Positions 45,504 to 55,704 of a stretch of 64,000 bases of DNA are shown piece by piece. This DNA comes from Phycisphaerae bacterium (GTDB taxonomy: Bacteria > Planctomycetota > Phycisphaerae > UBA1845), in NCBI GenBank assembly GCA_963666835.2, contig CAXXGO010000003.1, positions 256,001 through 320,000 on the forward strand, read 5' to 3'. The notes beneath the pieces were generated by a model, which did not search any database, had not been told where the DNA came from, and was given only the letters and a program-made list of their open reading frames with translations. The translations under genes were made by a program, and so were the position numbers. Position 1 is the first letter of the stretch; every line of letters starts with the position of its first letter.

Positions 45504-47864
45504 TCACCGAACGAGCCCGCTCGTTGGAAGGACCGCTTCACGGTCAGGATCTGATAAGACCCTCTCGGAAAGACGGCTGCACGCATCTCCTCCGGTTTCC
45601 GCAAAAGAGGTCGGAACGGGTTCGGTCGGGCGCCAACGTCCGACGATACGCAGAAGAAGATACGCCACAAGATACGCTCCGGCCCCCAAAGCCAGCGCCA
45701 TCTGGAAGCCGTACTCCATTGCGAGCAGGACGACGCCCGTACCGCCCAGGACCGATGCCGCACCGTTCACCGCGAACCCCCAATCTATAAGATCGCCCAC
45801 ATAACAAGCCCCCTTGGGGAAGGGCATACCCATGAAGAAGCCCAGCGGCGCGACCAGCGCCGCGGCCGCCGCGATCCGAGGAAGCATGGTCAGGCTTGCG
45901 AGTGCCTCCGTAACGTGCGAAAGAGCGAAGGCTTCCAGCAACAGCCAGGCGATGATCCCGATGAAGGCCGCCCCGTCACTTACGACACGGGAGAATCGGC
46001 TCCCCGCCGCGCAACTGATCAGAAGGGCCAGCAGGATAGCGGCAATACTGTACGCGGACGGTCCGACCAGAAGCGTATATTTCTGGATCAGAACGACCTC
46101 GACGGCCATGAACGCGGCGCCGATTGTGAAGAAATAACCCCACGCAGTTGCGGGCAGGCGCGGACCGTGCGTTAGGCACGGAAGCAAGGTGAGCGGCAGA
46201 ACGAGCACCACGACCACGCCCAGGATTATCACGACGATTACCTTCGACAGGGGGAACCCGAAGACCTCGAGCCCGAGCAGCATGCGCGGTTTTTCCCATT
46301 TGAAGTTCCGCCAGAGACCCATTTGCCCGACGAAGGGTCGATCATCCGTGGCCGGGGAGATGTTCACCGGTACGGAATCGGCGACTTCCTCCCAGCCTTT
46401 TGCGACTATCTGTTTGAATACATTGTCCCTCGGGTTCTTCGGCGTGGGGTACTCTAGATGGATCTTGTCGGAGTTGTACGGTGTTAGCTTGCCGTAGGCG
46501 TTGTTGCGAATCTCGTCCGTCAGCGGTCGTTTGGAGAGCAACAGGAGCTTCCGCCGTAGCATCGGGAGGTCGTAAACGGCGAAGTGCGTTTGTGGATCCG
46601 GTACACCCAACTCCTCCAGGGCGTCAATCAGAGCACCAACCAACCGCGGCATGTAGAATTGATGCTCCATGCTGAGAAAGCCGTCGTCGGTCAGAGCCTC
46701 CCAGTAATCGATGAACGCCTCGGTAGTGAAGAGGTAGTTTTCGGCGAGCGCGAACGAACCGGAAGCCAGCGCCGCCCACGAGTTCGAGCTGAGCGAATAG
46801 ATGACGTCGAACTGGTTCTTGTGCCGTCGAACATAGGCTCTGGCGTCTTCGGTAACCACCCGCACGCGGTCATCCAGGTAGATTCGCCCGGTGAAGTCCG
46901 CCAACGCTCCCGTGGTCATCAGCTCGTTCACATAAGGAACGACCTCCACGGCGTGAATCTCCGAGGCCCCCGCCTGCAGGGCCTGGAAGACGTCGCTGCC
47001 GCCGCCGGCACCAAGAGACAGGAACCGGCACGATTCAAAACGGTCGATCAGGTAGCTCACGTCGATGTCGAACGGGACTTCCTCTCGGTCGGGACGGTCC
47101 CAGTCGCCGTCAAAGCCGAGAACGGGAGAGTTCGCCGCATTGTCGATTTCAAGTCCGCGGTAGTATTCAGTGAAGCCGAAGATCTTCACCTTGGCCATTG
47201 CGTCCCAGTGCGTGTCGATGACCTTTGCCCGTTCCTTTCGTTCCGCCTTGAGGAGCTCTCCGGCGTCACCGAACAGAACCAGAGCCGCGATGAGCAGCGG
47301 GAGCGGAACCAGCTTGCCCCAGCCTCGTGCAGCCAGAATGGCCGCGACCAGGATCGGCAGGGCTACCAGAAACGCAGCACCCGGCGTGCCGAGCCGGTTC
47401 ATCATCACGATTGCCAACAGGACGCCGATACCGGCACCCAGCAGGTCGGCCATGTACAGTTTGGGCATGTCTCTGTGGTTGTTCCTGAAGAGCCCGGCGA
47501 AGGCTACTCCGCCGAAGAAATACGCTGAGCTAAGGAGGATGACTGCCAGCACCAGCCTTGCGATCATGCTCCAACTGTCCAGGAGCTTGGCGAAATCCAG
47601 GCCTATCGAGAACACCAGGGGTGGACCGGCGAGAGTAGCTCCGGCGGTCAGCGAGAGCATCAGCCCCAGATGGCATGGTCGTCCCAGCGAAGGGAAGAGC
47701 CGCACGGACAACGCCCCGAGCCCGAGCCCCATCATGGCAAGCGACAGGACGAGGAACGCGTAAGTGTAGAAGAACTCCGCGGAGAAGATACGGGTCCAGA
47801 TCAGCTCTTGAGCCAGAAGAGCCAGGGACAGCAGGGCGATAATGACAAACCTCGGTTGTTTCAT
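45504..47864 (-). CDS. Membrane protein with central spermidine-synthase-like SAM-binding domain
   Basis: QELIWTRIFS, LYMADLLGAGIG, LGAGGGSDV, AVEV, EDAR, ENYLFTTEAF, GFFMGMPFPKG, AVNGAASVLG; TM blocks at both ends. Confidence 0.82.
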   Translation of the reverse strand: MKQPRFVIIALLSLALLAQELIWTRIFSAEFFYTYAFLVLSLAMMGLGLGALSVRLFPSLGRPCHLGLMLSLTAGATLAGPPLVFSIGLDFAKLLDSWSMIARLVLAVILLSSAYFFGGVAFAGLFRNNHRDMPKLYMADLLGAGIGVLLAIVMMNRLGTPGAAFLVALPILVAAILAARGWGKLVPLPLLIAALVLFGDAGELLKAERKERAKVIDTHWDAMAKVKIFGFTEYYRGLEIDNAANSPVLGFDGDWDRPDREEVPFDIDVSYLIDRFESCRFLSLGAGGGSDVFQALQAGASEIHAVEVVPYVNELMTTGALADFTGRIYLDDRVRVVTEDARAYVRRHKNQFDVIYSLSSNSWAALASGSFALAENYLFTTEAFIDYWEALTDDGFLSMEHQFYMPRLVGALIDALEELGVPDPQTHFAVYDLPMLRRKLLLLSKRPLTDEIRNNAYGKLTPYNSDKIHLEYPTPKNPRDNVFKQIVAKGWEEVADSVPVNISPATDDRPFVGQMGLWRNFKWEKPRMLLGLEVFGFPLSKVIVVIILGVVVVLVLPLTLLPCLTHGPRLPATAWGYFFTIGAAFMAVEVVLIQKYTLLVGPSAYSIAAILLALLISCAAGSRFSRVVSDGAAFIGIIAWLLLEAFALSHVTEALASLTMLPRIAAAAALVAPLGFFMGMPFPKGACYVGDLIDWGFAVNGAASVLGGTGVVLLAMEYGFQMALALGAGAYLVAYLLLRIVGRWRPTEPVPTSFAETGGDACSRLSERVLSDPDREAVLPTSGLVR

Positions 47865-48251
47865 TTGGGGACTTTCTCTTGGTTTACCGACCGTCGCCAA
47901 CACGGCGAACTGCCGCCGATGGTAACTCCAGCGATGGCGGTCGGGGGCTGCTTACACAGGAATGGAATGATCCGGACAAGAACCGACAGGATCTGCCGAG
48001 GTAGCGTTCGGTGGATCGAGAACGACAGCTCGCTTGCCGAGATGAGCAACTCCGTTTCCGGACCACGCGTGCGTCACGGAGAGGCGCGGCCGCGTGCAGG
48101 TTTCGCTCAATCACCCATTTCGCCCAGACACACCCGCTAATCCGAAAAAGCCAATCCCAGGGCGGCGAGGTTGCTAAACGGATCATCTACGGGGATATTG
48201 TTCGCGCCGGGTGAGAGTCCAGGAGGGCTCGAACGGCAGAAGGAGCTGCTT

Positions 48252-48923
48252 ATGTCGATGATCAAGGATCTGTTCCGCGAGTCACCGTTCGAGCCGTTAC
48301 GCTATCACATGAAAGCTGTAATGGAGTGCGTAGGGTTCTTGCGGCCGATGTTCGAAGCGGTCCGCGACGCCCGGCACGACGACGTGCGGGGATTGGCCAA
48401 GGGCGTGTTCAAGGCCGAGCACGAGGCCGACATGATCAAGGATGACATCCGGCGGACCATCCCCAAGCGGTTCTTCCTGCCGGTATATCGCGGCGATCTC
48501 CTGGGGTACATCAAGCTGCAGGACGACATGGCGGACTCGGTGGAGGACGTGGCCGTTCTGCTGACGATCAAGGACTTGGTGCTTCCGCCCGCGCTGGTGG
48601 ATCTCACTTTCGAGTATGTGACGAAGGTGGAGGAAGTCTGCCAGGGCACCCGCGCGATTTCTGAGTACTTCCCGACCTTGGTGGAGGGCGACATGGTCGG
48701 GGCGGAGGCGGAGAAGGCGCTGGCGATGGTGGCCGGGATAGAAAGGTGCGAATGGGAGGCGGACCGGCTGCAGTATCAGCTTTCGCGAGATCTGTTCGCG
48801 CAGGAAGAGGTCATGAAGGCTACCGACATCTTCCTCTGGTTCAGGGTGTACGGTGAGCTGGGGCAGCTTGCCAACTTCGCTGAAAAGACCGGCGATCGCC
48901 TACGGCGCATGCTGTCGACGTGA
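48252..48923 (+). CDS. DUF47 family phosphate transport regulator (PhoU-like)
   Basis: SPFEPL, EHEADMIKDDIR, FFLPVYRGDLL, QDDMAD, EKTGDRL; AAGGAG RBS; precedes pit. Confidence 0.88.
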   Translation: MSMIKDLFRESPFEPLRYHMKAVMECVGFLRPMFEAVRDARHDDVRGLAKGVFKAEHEADMIKDDIRRTIPKRFFLPVYRGDLLGYIKLQDDMADSVEDVAVLLTIKDLVLPPALVDLTFEYVTKVEEVCQGTRAISEYFPTLVEGDMVGAEAEKALAMVAGIERCEWEADRLQYQLSRDLFAQEEVMKATDIFLWFRVYGELGQLANFAEKTGDRLRRMLST

Positions 48924-48982
48924 TGATCAGGTTTCTCTCCCAAGCCGCTGGTTTCTCAAGAAGCGGTCATGGTTGATTTCAC

Positions 48983-50560
48983 ATGGCTATGATTGATCTG
49001 GCGGCTCTCGACGCCTTCCAACTAGCCTGTCTGGCATTGGCCGTCTCGATGCTCCTCTGGGACACGATCGAGGTCGGTCGCAACGATGCCGCCAACCTGG
49101 TGAATGCCGTGTTCGGTGCTCGGGTGATGCAGCGCCGCAACGCAATCTACCTGGCAGGTGTTGCGGTAATCTGCGGAGCGGTGTTGAGCTCCGCCGTTAT
49201 CGACACGGCTCGCAAGGGTATCTTCGACCCCACCGGCATGGGCACTTTGGAGGCCGCGGTAGGCCTGTACATCTCTGTTTACATCGTCGATACGGTGCTC
49301 CTCTACAGCTACTCAGCCTTCGGCATGCCGATCAGCACAACCGCGTGCCTCGTCTTTGAGCTGCTAGGAGGGGCGCTGGCGATAAATACCGCCGCCGTCA
49401 ACTGGGACAAGGCGGGAGTGGTGATGGCCGGCATCGTTTGCTCGATCATCCTGTCCGGCATGGCGGCATTCCTTATCCAACGTGCCGTTCGCGGGGCCAT
49501 CGGAGACCGCACTGCGCATTTGGCGACGCTGCTGTTGCACGGCGGGTGGATCGGAGGTGGCTTGGCGGCCGGCCTGTGCTACTTCCTCCTACTCAAGGGG
49601 ATGAAGCACGTACATTGGGTAAAGCAGGGGCAAGCGTGGATCGACCGTTTCAACGAGACCATCGAGGCAGACGTCGGATACGTAGCTCTCATCATGTTCC
49701 TCTGGGGCGGGTTTGCCATCGTTATCCATCTCCTGCTGGTTATGTATCGCAAGCGCGCCGCCAGGCTCCTGTTTCCCGTGCTCGCAGTTCTGGGAATGCT
49801 GGCCATGTCTTTTGCTTTTGGACAAAACGATTTGGCCAATTGCGCTTCTCCCGGGCTGGCTGCGTTCAGCCTGTTGCAGAAGCAGAGCCTCGAGATCGGC
49901 ACGAAGGTGGATATCGCCTGGTGGATGTTGTTGATTTCCGGCTTATTCCTCTTCTTGGGGATGTGCTCGCGGAATTCCGAGCGGGTGACGAAGACCGCCG
50001 TTGCTACCGGCAGTATGGGAGACCACGTTGCTCTGTGGGCGCCGAGATGGTGCGTGGTCCTCGCAACAAAGATCCTCGTTCTGCGGAGCAAGGCGCCGGC
50101 TCTTGCGCCGCGGGCCACACATACCAAGTCCGGCAAGACCATCCACTTTGACACGTTGCGTGCTTGCGTCATTATGTCGGTTTCGGCCAGTATTATTGCT
50201 ACGGCATCGAGCCTGGGACTGCCTGTCTCGACAACGTATGTCACTTTTGCGGCCGTGGTTGCCACCGGGATGGCCGACCGGATCTTTCAACGCGGAGATG
50301 CCGAGCTGAAGCTGGCCCGGGCGTTGTGGGTGGTCGCAAGCTGGTTCCTCTCCGCGATTATCGCGGCGGCGGCGTGCTTCTTGGTTACGACGGCCGTTAC
50401 CCGGTTGGAGGTGTTGGGCATCGTATTGTGCCTGGGCGTGAACCTCCTTGTGCGGCGGACTCTGAAACAGCGGGCGGATCGCCAGGCAAAGCGGGTCAAG
50501 GAGGAGGCGTACGAGCGCGCCCACCCGGAAGAATTCGCTCTCGAGCAAGAGGATGTCTAG
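48983..50560 (+). CDS. pit: PiT family inorganic phosphate transporter
   Basis: GRNDAAN and GQNDLAN signatures, GMPISTT, GLPVSTT. Confidence 0.88.
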   Translation: MAMIDLAALDAFQLACLALAVSMLLWDTIEVGRNDAANLVNAVFGARVMQRRNAIYLAGVAVICGAVLSSAVIDTARKGIFDPTGMGTLEAAVGLYISVYIVDTVLLYSYSAFGMPISTTACLVFELLGGALAINTAAVNWDKAGVVMAGIVCSIILSGMAAFLIQRAVRGAIGDRTAHLATLLLHGGWIGGGLAAGLCYFLLLKGMKHVHWVKQGQAWIDRFNETIEADVGYVALIMFLWGGFAIVIHLLLVMYRKRAARLLFPVLAVLGMLAMSFAFGQNDLANCASPGLAAFSLLQKQSLEIGTKVDIAWWMLLISGLFLFLGMCSRNSERVTKTAVATGSMGDHVALWAPRWCVVLATKILVLRSKAPALAPRATHTKSGKTIHFDTLRACVIMSVSASIIATASSLGLPVSTTYVTFAAVVATGMADRIFQRGDAELKLARALWVVASWFLSAIIAAAACFLVTTAVTRLEVLGIVLCLGVNLLVRRTLKQRADRQAKRVKEEAYERAHPEEFALEQEDV

Positions 50561-50608
50561 GCCTCATTGTAGATTTGAGTCGGCCGAACGGTAGATTGGA
50601 CGGAGGTC

Positions 50609-51676
50609 ATGTCGATGCGTAAGGAGTCGTACGAGTTTCTGGCCGCGCTGCAGAAAGCGCCTTCTCCATCAGGGTTTGAGCAACCGGTGCAGCGAATCGT
50701 GCGCGCGCGCATGAAGAAGTATGCCGATGATATCCGCACCGATGTTCACGGCAACGTGATGGTCAGCTTGAATTCCAAGGGAAGCTTGCGGGTTATGCTG
50801 GCCGGACATTGCGACCAGATTGGCATGATGGTTCGTTATATCGATGATAACGGTTTCATCTTCTTCAGGGAGATCGGCGGAATCGATCCGACCACACTCC
50901 CCGGAGCGAAGGTCATCGTCCACTCGAAGCACGGTCCGATCGACGGGGTCATCGGACGTCGACCGATTCACGTTCTCAAGCCGGAGGAACGTGGCGCGAA
51001 GATAGAGTTGCGGGAGTTGTGGGTCGACATCGGAGCACGGGGACGCAAGGAGACGGAAGAGGTCGTCGCGATCGGCAACCCTATCACGTTTCCCGCCCCG
51101 GTAACTCACTTGGCCGGTGATCTGGTGACCTCGCCGGCCTTCGACAACAAGTGTGGGGTCTTCGTAGTGATGGAAGCTCTGCGCTTGTGCTCGGTGAAGA
51201 AGATCAAATGTGCACTTTTCGCGGTGAGCACCGTCCAGGAGGAAATCGGCCTGCGCGGGGCTAGAACTTCGTGTTTCGAACTCGATCCTCAAGTCGGTAT
51301 CGCCGCAGACGTTACCCACGCGACCGACTATCCGGACATCGACAAGAGGGTAAACGGCGACATCAAGGTTGGGGCCGGGCCGACGATCTCAACCGGCGCG
51401 AATATCAATCCGAAGCTCGAGGAACTGCTCGTGAAGACTGCTACCCGCAAACGTATTCCCTTTCAAATGGAAGCGGCGCCGGGCCAAACCGGAACGGATG
51501 CAAGCGTGATTCAGATGAGCCGCTCGGGGGTGGCTACTGCCCTGATCGGGATTCCCAATCGTTACATGCATACGCCGGTGGAGGTCGTCAGCTTGGGAGA
51601 TCTGGAGGCGGCCGCCAAGCTGGTTGCCGAAACAGTTGCGACGATCAGTCACCGTACGGACTTCATTCCGAAATAA
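50609..51676 (+). CDS. M42 family metallo-aminopeptidase
   Basis: PSPSGFE, AGHCDQIG, FDNKCG, VQEEIGLRGA, DVTHATD, GTDA, RYMHTPVE. Confidence 0.93.
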   Translation: MSMRKESYEFLAALQKAPSPSGFEQPVQRIVRARMKKYADDIRTDVHGNVMVSLNSKGSLRVMLAGHCDQIGMMVRYIDDNGFIFFREIGGIDPTTLPGAKVIVHSKHGPIDGVIGRRPIHVLKPEERGAKIELRELWVDIGARGRKETEEVVAIGNPITFPAPVTHLAGDLVTSPAFDNKCGVFVVMEALRLCSVKKIKCALFAVSTVQEEIGLRGARTSCFELDPQVGIAADVTHATDYPDIDKRVNGDIKVGAGPTISTGANINPKLEELLVKTATRKRIPFQMEAAPGQTGTDASVIQMSRSGVATALIGIPNRYMHTPVEVVSLGDLEAAAKLVAETVATISHRTDFIPK

Positions 51677-51721
51677 GGTGTGATGTTTTACGGAAGGCGC
51701 TTCGGCACGTGCTTCACCAAG

Positions 51722-53476
51722 ATGGGGGCGGACTTGGAACTTACCAGGCTGGTTGCGATTGAGACCCTGCAGAAGTTACAGGACCGATTCGCCGTTCTGG
51801 GTCGTGTGACGGTTTGTTTGCGTACCGTAGACGGTCGCCCGGTTACCGAGCCGACCTGGGGCAGTCGTTTCTCCGAGTTGATCGGGACTTCTCTGCGCGG
51901 TCGCCGGGAGTTTGCCGTAGGGACCCGTGCCTGCGCGGTAGGTGCCAACGATCAAGCGGATTTGGTGGTCAACGACGGGATGACCCTGTACGCCACTCCG
52001 ATAGAGCACGACGGAGCATCGCTTGCCGTAATCGTTGTGGGTACCAGGGATCCCGTGCCGCCGGGACCGCAGGCCGTGACGCTGCTTGCGGAGAAGTACG
52101 ACGTCGATTGCGACGAGTTGCTGGAAAGCACGGCATCTTTGGATCCCTATAGCGGCGGGGCACCGACGGACATACGCCAGTTTGCCGACACGCTCGCCGA
52201 GACGATCGCCACGATGTACGGGCAGGCCCGGCGGATCGAACGACAGCTTGCGGACCTGCGCACCGTACATGAACTATCGCAACGCCTCGCCGACAAGGAC
52301 GACGTACAGGACATCCTCGACGCCACCGTCCGCCGGGTCGTCGAGGTTATGCCCGTCAAAGCGTGCGGGATCCGCTTGTTGAAAGAAGACACCGGTGAAC
52401 TGGTGATCAAGGCCGTGTGCAACCTGTCTGCCGAGTACCTCCAGAAAGGGCCGGTGACGCTGCACGACAACGCTATCGATACGGCGGCGGTAGCCGGCAA
52501 GACCGTTTATGTCGAGAATGTGCAAACCGACCCGCGGACGCGGTATCCGGACAACGCTCGCCGCGAGGGGATCGTTAGCGGATTATGCGTGCCGATGACG
52601 TATCGCGGTCAGACCGTCGGAGTAATCCGCGCCTACACGTCCCGCCCGTACGTGTTTAGTAACTCAGAGATGACACTCCTGCGGTCACTCGGATCGCAGA
52701 CCGCGTCCGCAGTCATCAACACGAGGTTGTACGAAGAGCAGGTGGCCGCGGAGCGATTCCAGCGCCAGGTCAAGACCGCCGGTGAGATTCAGCGGCGCAT
52801 GCTGCCGAAATCCCCGCCGGATCACCCGGGGCTGGATTTCGGCAAGGTCTACATCCCGACTCTGCAGGTAGGGGGGGATTTCTTTGACTTCATCGAGTTG
52901 CCCGACGGTCACCTGGGAGTGTGTATCGCGGATGTGGTAGGCAAAGGGTTGCCGGCTGCGCTGATGATGGCCTCGGTGCGGGCAGCTTGGCGGGTTCGGG
53001 CAACGGGGGTGGATGATCTCGAAGCCACCGTTTCCGCAGTTAATCGGCACATGTCGCGCGACACGCTGGTGGGCGAGTTTGCGACGGTCTTCTACGGGGT
53101 CTTCTCTCCTGATGGGCGGTCACTGGCGTACTGTAACGCGGGTCACCCGCCTCCGCTTCTGTTGAGGGGCGATCAGTTGGATGAGCTTTCCGTCGGCGGG
53201 CTGGTTCTGGGGGTGGATCCGGACGCCGCATTCGTCCGCGGCACCCGCGATATTCTGCCCGGGGACATCATCGTCATGACCACCGACGGGGTAACCGAGG
53301 CAATGGATTTTGAGGGGCAGGCGTTCGGCAACGATCGGCTCGTTGCCTCGATCCGTAAGCACCGTGCTCTCGGCGCCGAACAGCTCGCCCAACAGTTGCT
53401 CTGGGATGTTCGCCGGTTTGCCGGGTTGGCGGACCAGTCGGACGACATCACCATTGTCGTGGTCAAGGCGGTCTGA
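51722..53476 (+). CDS. PocR-like sensor + GAF + SpoIIE/PP2C (RsbU-like) phosphatase
   Basis: LQKLQDRF...DGRPVTEP...ATPIEHDG; GAF (ARREGIVSGLCVPM); VGGDFFD, IADVVGKGLPAAL, NAGHPPP, TDGVTEA, DDITI. Confidence 0.88.
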   Translation: MGADLELTRLVAIETLQKLQDRFAVLGRVTVCLRTVDGRPVTEPTWGSRFSELIGTSLRGRREFAVGTRACAVGANDQADLVVNDGMTLYATPIEHDGASLAVIVVGTRDPVPPGPQAVTLLAEKYDVDCDELLESTASLDPYSGGAPTDIRQFADTLAETIATMYGQARRIERQLADLRTVHELSQRLADKDDVQDILDATVRRVVEVMPVKACGIRLLKEDTGELVIKAVCNLSAEYLQKGPVTLHDNAIDTAAVAGKTVYVENVQTDPRTRYPDNARREGIVSGLCVPMTYRGQTVGVIRAYTSRPYVFSNSEMTLLRSLGSQTASAVINTRLYEEQVAAERFQRQVKTAGEIQRRMLPKSPPDHPGLDFGKVYIPTLQVGGDFFDFIELPDGHLGVCIADVVGKGLPAALMMASVRAAWRVRATGVDDLEATVSAVNRHMSRDTLVGEFATVFYGVFSPDGRSLAYCNAGHPPPLLLRGDQLDELSVGGLVLGVDPDAAFVRGTRDILPGDIIVMTTDGVTEAMDFEGQAFGNDRLVASIRKHRALGAEQLAQQLLWDVRRFAGLADQSDDITIVVVKAV

Positions 53477-53522
53477 GCCCCTGTTGCCCGGGATCGCCGT
53501 CGATTGTCTGGCCCGGCGGCGT

Positions 53523-54518
53523 TTAGTCCGGCTCCTGCTCGACGACCTCGTGAAGGAAGTCCGACACAACTCGCAGAAAACGCAGAGGCTCTTCAAAGAA
53601 CGGAGCATGCCCGCTTTGCTCAAAGAAGACCAGGCGAGCGTTGGGCAAAGCCGTAGCGATTTCAACTTGGTTCACCGGAGGGCAGATTCGATCGTGACGG
53701 CCACCGAGAATCAACGACGGTCCGGTGAAGTTGCCCAATTCCGACAGCAGTTCAACATCCCGTAGAGTACCGTCCAACGTCCACTCCGGATCGGACCCGA
53801 TCATCATGTGATAGACGTTACGATTGAAACCGACGGTCTTTGGATCTCGGTATTCGGTGAACTGGCCGATCACCCGCTCCCGGCTCTCGATATCGAACAG
53901 GTAGAGGGCGTCGAGCTCGTCGAACATGGCGGCTAGGCGGGGCTCACTGGTTAAGTGTCCCGCATCGTGCAACTCGGCGATCTGCAGCCAGCGTTTCGGA
54001 TAATGATGCCTCAGAAACTGCTTGACACCGTCAATATTACGATCCTGCCAGACTCGCGCCCCGTGGACCCCAGCGGTCGTAATCAAGGCCAGCGTATGCT
54101 GCGAATACCGGCTGGCGTAAGCCATGGCCACCATACTGCCGTAGGAGTGTCCGTACACTATGATCCGCTCTGCGCCCAACGCCCGGCGCACCGCTTCTAC
54201 ATCTCTTAAGTCATTCTCAAGCGTATAGGCGTTCGGGCGATCGCTCACATTCTCAGAGCGACCCCGCCCGCGGTTGTGAAGAAACACGAGCCGGCCGCAC
54301 GATTGCAGCAACGTATGAGTGTAGCGGAGGCCGTTGCCGCTCCCTCCCGGGCCACCGGCGATGATGACAATCGGCACGCCCGCGCCCATCGTATCGTAGT
54401 ACACGCGTACGCCATCGTCGGTCGTCGCGTACTCCGCCTCCGCTGTCGGAGCGAACGCCACTCCCGAGAGAATCGCCAGGCACACGCACAAACCGGGTCG
54501 GTGAGGTTGTTGCCGCAT
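53523..54518 (-). CDS. Secreted alpha/beta hydrolase (proline iminopeptidase-like)
   Basis: Signal ending AEA; GGPG oxyanion loop, RGRGRS, GHSYG nucleophile, GRHD, SGHAPFFEEP. Confidence 0.85.
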   Translation of the reverse strand: MRQQPHRPGLCVCLAILSGVAFAPTAEAEYATTDDGVRVYYDTMGAGVPIVIIAGGPGGSGNGLRYTHTLLQSCGRLVFLHNRGRGRSENVSDRPNAYTLENDLRDVEAVRRALGAERIIVYGHSYGSMVAMAYASRYSQHTLALITTAGVHGARVWQDRNIDGVKQFLRHHYPKRWLQIAELHDAGHLTSEPRLAAMFDELDALYLFDIESRERVIGQFTEYRDPKTVGFNRNVYHMMIGSDPEWTLDGTLRDVELLSELGNFTGPSLILGGRHDRICPPVNQVEIATALPNARLVFFEQSGHAPFFEEPLRFLRVVSDFLHEVVEQEPD

Positions 54519-54580
54519 CCGAGCGGGCCCTCCAAATGGTCCCCGTTTTGAGACGCGAATGTCAGCGGCTGAGCGGCAGG

Positions 54581-54997
54581 CTACTCGCGCCGGTCCATCG
54601 CGCGAGCCCTGGTTTCCTCGGCCCGTTCCAGCAACTGCTCGGATGAGGGGGCCTCCTGTTCTTCCAGCGTGAAATGCCGCCGGTGGGCATCGTGAACATG
54701 CCCTGGCCAGAGAACCTCGGCGAAGAAGTCGATCGGCACGAGCTGATACCACGGCGGCTTCACCTTCCAATGGGTTTTGAGCGTTTTAAAGCCATCTTTG
54801 CGGACGATGACATCGTAGTCCCCGTACCAGAGAAAGTCCGTCGTGACCTCACTTCGGCCGATCTCCTGATCATTCAGGAAAACCAGCGCATTGGGAGGTT
54901 CGGTCGTGATGGTCAATGTGCGGCGAACACAGCCTAACAGCCCGGAGACTATCGCCATAAGCAGCACAGTGGACATCAGGGTACGGTGTCGTTTCAT
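54581..54997 (-). CDS. PEGA domain lipoprotein
   Basis: LLGC lipobox; VRRTLTITTEPPNALVFLNDQEIG, WYGDYDV, PWYQLVPIDFFAE. Confidence 0.85.
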   Translation of the reverse strand: MKRHRTLMSTVLLMAIVSGLLGCVRRTLTITTEPPNALVFLNDQEIGRSEVTTDFLWYGDYDVIVRKDGFKTLKTHWKVKPPWYQLVPIDFFAEVLWPGHVHDAHRRHFTLEEQEAPSSEQLLERAEETRARAMDRRE

Positions 54998-55036
54998 CGG
55001 CGCTACCTCATCTGTCAAAAAGAGCCTCCGGTGGGA

Positions 55037-55537
55037 CTACCCGCCGGGGTACTCGCCGGCGTCGTTCAACTCATAAACGCGAGCCGACGGGCCGCGTGTA
55101 TCCAGGACCGCAACCGTGGCCCGGCCGGTTACCCATCCGCAACACTCGCCGGGGTTCAGGAGAAGCGTCCCGCGCTCCGACCGATTCATCGCATCATGGG
55201 TATGCCCCGTGATGACAATATCCGCGGCGTCAACGTCCGCGCTCTCGCACGCGTCAAGAGAATGGTGCATCAGAATTGCCCGATCGTCCAGAGCCAGACG
55301 AAGCGGGCCGTCCTGAATCTGTGGAAGCACCGCTCGCAGACCCTCGCGTTCGCCATCGTTGTTGCCGTACACGACGTAAAGAGGGCCGGCAAAGCCCAGC
55401 AGGCGGCGAGCCGCAAAAGGAGCGACCAAATCGCCGGCGTGAAGCAGCGCCGCGACCCGCTGCTCGCGGAACAGTTTCAGCGCGGCTTCGATTAGCGGAA
55501 GACGATCATGGGTATCCGACAGCACGCCAACACGCAT
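55037..55537 (-). CDS. YfcE/MJ0936 family phosphodiesterase
   Basis: SDTHD, HAGD, GNND, GHTH, NPGE; AAGGAG RBS. Confidence 0.9.
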   Translation of the reverse strand: MRVGVLSDTHDRLPLIEAALKLFREQRVAALLHAGDLVAPFAARRLLGFAGPLYVVYGNNDGEREGLRAVLPQIQDGPLRLALDDRAILMHHSLDACESADVDAADIVITGHTHDAMNRSERGTLLLNPGECCGWVTGRATVAVLDTRGPSARVYELNDAGEYPGG

Positions 55538-55704
55538 GGCCAAGCTCCTTGGGTATGCGTGTTGTACATCGGCACCTCCGGGTTGCCAACCGGCGGCAGG
55601 ATTGTGCTCCTGTGAGGGGATGCACGAGAGCCGGCCCCCGATTCGCGAGTGACGAATCGAGGGCCGGCACAGTCCAAACGCCGACTACTTGAGCGGTCTA
55701 CCCG

